A DNA stretch of 64,000 nucleotides, taken from the NCBI GenBank assembly GCA_964016885.1, contig OZ024741.1, positions 309,132,001 through 309,196,000 of the forward strand, written 5' to 3'. Made by a program: the position numbers and the translations under genes. The notes under the pieces are model-generated. The model did no database searches. It was not told the DNA's origin and saw only the letters and a program-made list of their open reading frames with translations. The stretch's first letter is position 1; every line of letters begins with the position of its first letter. Below are positions 54,501 through 64,000 of the stretch, in pieces. This DNA is from Eledone cirrhosa (Eukaryota).

Positions 54501-57500
54501 AGTTGATGGTGATAATGTTGTTACTGTAGTTGATGGTGATTATGTTGTTACTGTAGTTGATGGTGATTATGTTGTTACTGTAGTTGATGGTGATAATGTT
54601 GTTACTGTTGTTGATGGTGATAATGTTGTTATTGTAGTTGATGGTGATAATGTTGTTACTGTTGTTGATGGTGATAATGTTGTTACTGTTGTTGATGGTG
54701 ATAATCTTGTTACTGTAGTTGATGGTAATAATGTTGTTACTGTAGTTGATGGTGATAATGTTGTTATTGTAGTTGATGGTGATAATGTTGTTATTGTAGT
54801 TGATGGTGATAATGTTGTTACTGTTGTTGATGGTGATAATGTTGTTACTGTTGTTGATGGTGATAATCTTGTTATTGTAGTTGATGGTGATAATGTTGTT
54901 ACTGTTGTTGATGGTGATAATGTTGTTACTGTTGTTGATGGTAATAATGTTGTTACTGTAGTTGATGGTGATAATGTTGTTACTGTAGTTGATGGTGATA
55001 ATGTTGTTATTGTAGTTGATGGTGATAATGTTGTTATTGTAGTTGATGGTGATAATGTTGTTACTGTAGTTGCTGGTGATAATGTTGTTATTGTAGTTGA
55101 TGGTGATAATGTTGTTACTGTAGTTGATGGTGATAATGTTGTTACTGTAGTTGATGGTGATAATGTTGTTATTGTAGTTGATGGTAATAATGTTGTTACT
55201 GTTGTTGATGGTGATAATGTTGTTATTGTAGTTGATGGTAATAATGTTGTTACTGTTGTTGATGGTGATAATCTTGTTATTGTAGTTGATGGTGATAAGG
55301 TTGTTACTGTAGTTGATGGTGATAATGTTGTTATTGTAGTTGATGGTGATAATGTTGTTACTGTAGTTGATGGTGATGATGTTGTTACTGTAGTTGATGG
55401 TGATAATGTTGTTACTGTAGTTGATGGTGATAATGTTGTTACTGTAGTTGATGGTGATAATGTTGTTATTGTACTTGATGGTGATAATGTTGTTACTGTA
55501 GTTGATGGTGATAATGTTGTTACTGTAGTTGCTGGTGATAATGTTGTTATTGTAGTTGATGGTGATAATGTTGTTACTGTAGTTGATGGTGATAATGTTG
55601 TTACTGTAGTTGATTGTGATAGTGTTGTTACTGTAGTTGCTGGTGATAATGTTGTTATTGTAGTTGATGGTGATAATGTTGTTACTGTTGTTGATGGTGA
55701 TAATCTTGTTATTGTAGTTGATGGTGATAAAGTTGTTATTGTAGTTGATGGTGATAATGTTGTTACTGTGGTTGATGGTGATAATGTTGTTATTGTAGTT
55801 GATGGTGATAATGTTGTTACTGTAGTTGATGGTGATAATGTTGTTACTGTAGTTGCTGGTGATAATGTTGTTATTGTAGTTGATGGTGATAATGTTGTTA
55901 CTGTAGTTGATGGTGATAATGTTGTTATTGTAGTTGATGGTGATAATGTTGTTATTGTAGTTGATGGTGATAATGTTGTTACTGTAGTTGATGGTGATAA
56001 TGTTGTTACTGTAGTTGATGGTGATAATGTTGTTATTGTAGTTGATGGTAATAATGTTGTTACTGTTGTTGATGGTGATAATGTTGTTATTGTAGTTGAT
56101 GGTAATAATGTTGTTACTGTTGTTGATGGTGATAATCTTGTTATTGTAGTTGATGGTTATAAGGTTGTTACTGTAGTTGATGGTGATAATGTTGTTACTG
56201 TAGTTGCTGGTGATAATGTTGTTACTGTAGTTGCTGGTTATAATGTTGTTATTGTAGTTGAAGGTGATAATGTTGTTACTGTAGTTGATGGTGATAATGT
56301 TGTTACTGTAGTTGATTGTGATAATGTTGTTATTGTAGTTGAAGGTGATAATGTTGTTACTGTAGTTGATGGTGATAATGTTGTTACTGTAGTTGATTGT
56401 GATAATGTTGTTACTGTAGTTGATGGTGATAATGTTGTTATTGTAGTTGATGGTGATAATTTTGTTACTGTAGTTGATGGTGATAATGTTGTTACTGTAG
56501 TTGATGGTGATAATATTGTTACTGTAGTTGATGGTGATAATGTTGTTACTGTAGTTGATGGTGATAATGTTGTTATTGTAGTTGATGGTGATAATGTTGT
56601 TATTGTAGTTGATGGTGATAATGTTGTTACTGTAGTTGATGGTGATAATGTTGTTACTGTAGTTGATGGTGATAATGTTGTTATTGTAGTTGATGGTAAT
56701 AATGTTGTTACTGTTGTTGATGGTGATAATGTTGTTATTGTAGTTGATGGTAATAATGTTGTTACTGTTGTTGATGGTGATAATCTTGTTATTGTAGTTG
56801 ATGGTTATAAGGTTGTTACTGTAGTTGATGGTGATAATGTTGTTATTGTAGTTGATGGTGATAATATTGTTACTGTTGTTGATGGTGATACTATTGTTAT
56901 TGTAGTTGATGCTGATAATGTTGTTACTGTTGTTGATGGTGATAATGTTGTTATTGTAGTTGATGGTGATAATGTTGTTACTGTAGTTGATGGTGATAAT
57001 GTTGTTACTGTAGTTGCTGGTGAAAAAGTTTGTTATTGTAGTTGATGGTGATAATGTTGTTACTGTAGTTGATGGTGATAATGTTGTTACTGTAGTTGAT
57101 TGTGATAGTGTTGTTACTGTAGTTGCTGGTGATAATGTTGTTATTGTAGTTGATGGTGATAATGTTGTTACTGTTGTTGATGGTGATAATGTTGTTATTG
57201 TAGTTGATGGTGATAATGTTGTTACTGTAGTTGATGGTGATGATGTTGTTACTGTAGTTGATGGTGATAATGTTGTTACTGTAGTTGATGGTGATAATGT
57301 TGTTACTGTAGTTGATGGTGATAATGTTGTTATTGTAGTTGATGGTGATAATGTTGTTATTGTAGTTGATGGTGATAATGTTGTTACTGTAGTTGATGGT
57401 GATAATGTTGTTACTGTAGTTGATGGTGATAATGTTGTTACTGTAGTTGATGGTGATAATGTTGTTATTGTAGTTGATGGTGATAATGTTGTTACTGTAG

Positions 57501-60500
57501 TTGATGGTGATTATGTTGTTACTGTAGTTGATGGTGATAATGTTGTTACTGTTGTTGATGGTGATAATGTTGTTATTGTAGTTGATGGTGATAATGTTGT
57601 TACTGTTGTTGATGGTGATAATGTTGTTACTGTTGTTGATGGTGATAATCTTGTTACTGTAGTTGATGGTAATAATGTTGTTACTGTAGTTGATGGTGAT
57701 AATGTTGTTATTGTAGTTGATGGTGATAATGTTGTTATTGTAGTTGATGGTGATAATGTTGTTACTGTTGTTTATGGTGATAATGTTGTTACTGTTGTTG
57801 ATGGTGATAATCTTGTTATTGTAGTTGATGGTGATAATGTTGTTACTGTTGTTGATGGTGATAATGTTGTTACTGTTGTTGATGGTAATAATGTTGTTAC
57901 TGTAGTTGATGGTGATAATGTTGTTACTGTAGTTGATGGTGATAATGTTGTTATTGTAGTTGATGGTGATAATGTTGTTATTGTAGTTGATGGTGATAAT
58001 GTTGTTACTGTAGTTGCTGGTGATAATGTTGTTATTGTAGTTGATGGTGATAATGTTGTTACTGTAGTTGATGGTGATAATGTTGTTACTGTAGTTGATG
58101 GTGATAATGTTGTTATTGTAGTTGATGGTAATAATGTTGTTACTGTTGTTGATGGTGATAATGTTGTGATTGTAGTTGATGGTAATAATGTTGTTACTGT
58201 TGTTGATGGTGATAATCTTGTTATTGTAGTTGATGGTGATAAGGTTGTTACTGTAGTTGATGGTGATAATGTTGTTATTGTAGTTGATGGTGATAATGTT
58301 GTTACTGTAGTTGATGGTGATGATGTTGTTACTGTAGTTGATGGTGATAATGTTGTTACTGTAGTTGATGGTGATAATGTTGTTACTGTAGTTGATGGTG
58401 ATAATGTTGTTATTGTACTTGATGGTGATAATGTTGTTACTGTAGTTGATGGTGATAATGTTGTTACTGTAGTTGCTGGTGATAATGTTGTTATTGTAGT
58501 TGATGGTGATAATGTTGTTACTGTAGTTGATGGTGATAATGTTGTTACTGTAGTTGATTGTGATAGTGTTGTTACTGTAGTTGCTGGTGATAATGTTGTT
58601 ATTGTAGTTGATGGTGATAATGTTGTTACTGTTGTTGATGGTGATAATCTTGTTATTGTAGTTGATGGTGATAAAGTTGTTATTGTAGTTGATGGTGATA
58701 ATGTTGTTACTGTGGTTGATGGTGATAATGTTGTTATTGTAGTTGATGGTGATAATGTTGTTACTGTAGTTGATGGTGATAATGTTGTTACTGTAGTTGC
58801 TGGTGATAATGTTGTTATTGTAGTTGATGGTGATAATGTTGTTACTGTAGTTGCTGGTTATAATGTTGTTATTGTAGTTGAAGGTGATAATGTTGTTACT
58901 GTAGTTGATGGTGATAATGTTGTTACTGTAGTTGATTGTGATAATGTTGTTATTGTAGTTGAAGGTGATAATGTTGTTACTGTAGTTGATGGTGATAATG
59001 TTGTTACTGTAGTTGATTGTGATAATGTTGTTACTGTAGTTGATGGTGATAATGTTGTTATTGTAGTTGATGGTGATAATTTTGTTACTGTAGTTGATGG
59101 TGATAATGTTGTTACTGTAGTTGATGGTGATAATATTGTTACTGTAGTTGATGGTGATAATGTTGTTACTGTAGTTGATGGTGATAATGTTGTTATTGTA
59201 GTTGATGGTGATAATGTTGTTATTGTAGTTGATGGTGATAATGTTGTTACTGTAGTTGATGGTGATAATGTTGTTACTGTAGTTGATGGTGATAATGTTG
59301 TTATTGTAGTTGATGGTAATAATGTTGTTACTGTTGTTGATGGTGATAATGTTGTTATTGTAGTTGATGGTAATAATGTTGTTACTGTTGTTGATGGTGA
59401 TAATCTTGTTATTGTAGTTGATGGTTATAAGGTTGTTACTGTAGTTGATGGTGATAATGTTGTTATTGTAGTTGATGGTGATAATATTGTTACTGTTGTT
59501 GATGGTGATACTATTGTTATTGTAGTTGATGCTGATAATGTTGTTACTGTTGTTGATGGTGATAATGTTGTTATTGTAGTTGATGGTGATAATGTTGTTA
59601 CTGTAGTTGATGGTGATAATGTTGTTACTGTAGTTGCTGGTGAAAAAGTTTGTTATTGTAGTTGATGGTGATAATGTTGTTACTGTAGTTGATGGTGATA
59701 ATGTTGTTACTGTAGTTGATTGTGATAGTGTTGTTACTGTAGTTGCTGGTGATAATGTTGTTATTGTAGTTGATGGTGATAATGTTGTTACTGTTGTTGA
59801 TGGTGATAATCTTGTTATTGTAGTTGATGGTGATAAAGTTGTTATTGTAGTTGATGGTGATAATGTTTTTACTGTGGTTGATGGTGATAATGTTGTTATT
59901 GTAGTTGATGGTGATAATGTTGTTACTGTAGTTGATGGTGATAATGTTGTTACTGTAGTTGCTGGTGATAATGTTGTTATTGTAGTTGATGGTGATAATG
60001 TTGTTACTGTAGTTGCTGGTGATAATGTTGTTATTGTAGTTGAAGGTGATAATGTTGTTACTGCAGTTGATGGTGATAATGTTGTTACTGTATTTGATTG
60101 TGATAATGTTGTTATTGTAGTTGAAGGTGATAATGTTGTTACTGTAGTTGATGGTGATAATGTTGTTACTGTAGTTGATTGTGATAATGTTGTTACTGTA
60201 GTTGATGGTGATAATGTTGTTATTGTAGTTGATGGTGATAATTTTGTTACTGTATTTGATGGTGATAATGTTGTTACTGTAGTTGATGGTGATAATATTG
60301 TTACTGTAGTTGATGGTGATAATGTTGTTAATGTAGTTGATGGTGATAATGTTGTTATTGTAGTTGATGGTGATAATGTTGTTACTGTAGTTGATGGTGA
60401 TAATGTTGTTACTGTAGTTGATGGTGATAATGTTGTTATTGTAGTTGATGGTAATAATGTTGTTACTGTTGGTGATGGTGATAATGTTGTTATTGTAGTT

Positions 60501-63500
60501 GATGGTAATAATGTTGTTACTGTTGTTGATGGTGATAATCTTGTTATTGTAGTTGATGGTTATAAGGTTGTTACTGTAGTTGATGGTGATAATGTTGTTA
60601 CTGTAGTTGATGGTGATAATGTTGTTATTGTAGTTGATGGTGATAATGTTGTTATTGTAGTTGATGGTGATAATGTTGTTACTGTAGTTGATGGTGATAA
60701 TGTTGTTACTGTAGTTGCTGGTGATAATGTTGTTATTGTAGTTGATGGTGATAATGTTGTTACTGTAGTTGATGGTGATAATTTGTTACTGTAGTTGATT
60801 GTGATAATGTATTTACTGTTGTTGATGGTGATAATGTTGTTACTCTTGTTGATGGTGATAATGTTGGTACTGTTGTTGATGGTGATAATGTTGTTACTGT
60901 TGTTGATGGTGATAATGTATTTACTGTTGTTGATGGTGATAATGTTGTTACTGTAGTTGATGGTGATAATGTTGTTACTGTTGTTGATGGTGATAATGTT
61001 GTTACTGTAGTTGATGGTGATAATATTGTTACTGTTGTTGATGGTGATAATGTTGTTACTGTAGTTGATGGTGATAATGATGTTACTGTTGTTGATGGTG
61101 ATAATGTTGTTACCGTAGTTGATGGTGATAATGTTGTTACTGTTGTTGCTGGTGATAATGTTGTTATTGTAGTTGATGGTGATAATGTTGTTACTGTAGT
61201 TGATAGTGATAATGTTGTTACTGTAGTTGATGGTGATAATGTTGTTACTGCAGTTGATGGTGATAATGTTGTCATTGTAGTTGATGGTGATAATGTTGTT
61301 ACTGTTGTTGATGGTGATAATGTTGTTATTGTTGTTGATGGTGATAATGTTGTTACTGTAGTTGATGGTGATAATGTTGTTACTGTAGTTGATGGTGATA
61401 ATGTTGTTATTGTAGTTGATGGTGATAATGTTGTTATTGTAGTTGATGGTGATAATGTTGTTACTGTAGTTGATGGTGATACTATTGTTATTGTAGTTGA
61501 TGGTGATAATGTTGTTATTGTAGTTGATGGTGATAATGTTGTTACTGTTGTTGATGGTCATACTATTGTTATTGTAGTTGATGCTGATAATGTTGTTACT
61601 GTTGTTGATGGTGATAATGTTGTTATTGTAGTTGATGGTGATAATGTTGTTACTGTTGTTGATGGTGATAATGTTGTTATGTAGTTGATGGTGATAATGT
61701 TGTTATTGTAGTTGATGTTGATAATGTTGTTACTGTAGTTGATGGTGATAATGTTGTTACTGTAGTTGATGGTGATAATGTTGTTACTGTTGTTGCTGGT
61801 GATAATGTTGTTACCGTAGTTGATGGTGATAATGTTGTTACTGTTGTTGCTGGTGATAATGTTGTTACTGTTGTTGATGGTGATAATGTTGTTAATGTTG
61901 TTGCTGGTGATAATGTTGTTACTGTAGTTGATGGTGATAATGTTGTTACTGTAGTTGATGGTGATAATGTTGTTATTGTAGTTGATGGTGATAATGTTGT
62001 TACTGTAGTTGATGGTGATAATGTTGTTACTGTTGTTGTTGGTGATAATGTTGTTACTGTAGTTGATGGTGATAATGTTGTTACTGTTGTTGATGGTAAT
62101 AATGTTGTTATTGTAGTTGATGGTGATAATGTTGTTACTGTAGATAATGGTGATAATGTTGTTATTGTAGTTGATGGTGATAATGTTGTCATTGTAGTTG
62201 ATGGTGATAATGTTGTTACTGTAGTTGATGGTGATAATGATGTTAGTGTTGTTGTTGGTGATAATGTTGTTACTGTAGTTGATGGTGATAATGTTGTTAC
62301 TGTAGTTGATGGTGATAATGTTGTTACTGTTGTTGATGGTGATAATGTTGTTACTGTTGTTGATGGTGATAATGTTGGTACTGTTGTTGATGGTGATAAT
62401 GTTGTTACTGTTGTTGATGGTGATAATGTTGTTACTGTAGTTGATGGTGATAATGTATTTACTGTTGTTGATGGTGATAATGTTGTTACTGTAGTTGATG
62501 GTGATAATGTTGTTACTGTTGTTGATGGTGATAATGTTGTTACTGTAGTTGATGGTGATAATATTGTTACTGTTGTTGATGGTGATAATGTTGTTACTGT
62601 TGTTGATGGTGATAATGTTGTTACCGTAGTTGATGGTGATAATGTTGTTACTGTTGTTGCTGGTGATAATGTTGTTATTGTAGTTGATGGTGATAATGTT
62701 GTTACTGTAGTTGATGGTGATAATGTTGTTACTGTAGTTGATGGTGATAATGTTGTTACTGTAGTTGATGGTGATAATGTTGTCATTGTAGTTGATGGTG
62801 ATAATGTTGTTACTGTTGTTGATGGTGATAATGTTGTTTTTGTTGTTGATGGTGATAATGTTGTTACTGTAGTTGATGGTGATAATGTTGTTAGTGTAGT
62901 TGATGGTGATAATGTTGTTACTGTAGTTGATGGTGATAATGTTGTTACTGTAGTTGATGGTGATAATGTTGTTACTCTAGTTGATGGTGATAATGTTGTC
63001 ATTGTAGTTGATGGTGATAATGTTGTTACTGTTGTTGATGGTGATAATGTTGTCATTGTAGTTGATGGTAATAATGTTGTTACTTTTCTTTCTGGTGATA
63101 ATGTTGTTATTGTAGTTGATGGTGATAATGTTGTTACTGTAGTTGATGGTGATAATGTTGTTATTGTAGTTGATGGTGATAATGTTGTTACTGTATTTGA
63201 TGGTGATAATGTTGTTATTGTAGTTGATGGTGATAATGTTGTTATTGTTGTTGATGGTGATAATGTTGTTACTGTAGTTGATGGTGATAATCTTGTTACT
63301 GTAGTTGATGGTGATAATGTTGTTATTATAGTTGATGGTGATAATGTTGTGACTGTTGTTGATGGTGATAATGTTGTCATTGTAGTTGATGGTGATAATG
63401 TTGTTACTGTTGTTGATGGTGATAATATTGTTACTGTAGTTGATGGTGATAATGTTGTTACTGTAGTTGATGGTGATAATGTTGTTATTGTAGTTGATGG

Positions 63501-64000
63501 TGATAATGTTGTTATTGTAGTTGATGGTGATAATGTTGTTACTGTAGTTGATGGTGATAATGTTGTTACTTTTGTTGATGGTGATAATGTTGTTATTGTA
63601 GTTGATGGTGATAATGTTGTTACTGTAGTTGATGGTGATAATGTTGTTACTGTTGTTGATGGTGATAATGTTGTTATTGGAGTTGATGGTGATAATGTTG
63701 TTACTGTAGTTGTTGGTGATAATGTTGTTATTGTAGTTGATGGTGATAATGTTGTTATTGTAGTTGATGGTGATAATGTTGTTACTGTAGTTGATGGTGA
63801 TAATGTTGTTACTGTTGTTGATGGTGATAATGTTGTTATTGTTGTTGATGGTGATAATGTTGTTACTGTAGTTGATGGTGATAGTGTTGTTACTGAAGTT
63901 GATGGTGATAATGTTGTTACTGTAGTTGATGGTGATAATGTTGTTATTGTAGTTGATGGTGATAATGTTGTGACTGTTGTTGATGGGGATAATGTTGTTA
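45530..64000. repeat. 27-bp satellite array, >18 kb (about 680 copies, runs off the window)
   Basis: Unit GTTGATGGTGATAATGTTGTTAYTGTW; translates as VDGDNVVTV (+) and as TTVTTLSPS or YSNNIITIN (-). Confidence 0.97.

Noticed and set aside
47317-57045. 3242-aa (VDGDNVVTV)n ORF and its continuations
   Set aside because: The unit is 27 bp and none of its consensus codons (GTT, GAT, GGT, AAT, ACT, ATT, GTA) is one substitution from a stop, so openness is expected without selection. It starts at GTG, has no unique domain, and contains propagated frameshifts.

Overview
Eukaryotic, AT-rich and almost entirely repetitive 64-kb window with no supportable host protein-coding exon. The SINE families and the density of (TA)n, (TATG)n and (GT)n microsatellites suggest an invertebrate, probably an octopus or other coleoid cephalopod (inference). 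Positions 1-32.4 kb are a mosaic of microsatellites, tRNA-derived SINEs, an internally deleted mariner, a non-autonomous Helitron, decayed LINE (RTE-like and CR1/L2-like) and Penelope-like fragments, and a possible promoter with a non-coding first exon on the minus strand near 31.8 kb. Positions 32.5-43.8 kb are a 35-bp satellite. Positions 45.5-64 kb are a 27-bp satellite whose giant ORFs are artefacts of the repeat unit. The most notable signal is a set of about six families of short fold-back elements (inverted arm, forward copy, 3' tail) embedded in (TA)n tracts. Three of these families carry a foldable minimal type-I hammerhead ribozyme: stem I-CUGANGA-stem II-GAAA-U(NNNN)A-UA-stem I. Stem II differs between families but still pairs, and loop III is palindromic or nearly so. 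This matches the pLTR/ribozyme architecture of Penelope-like retroelements.
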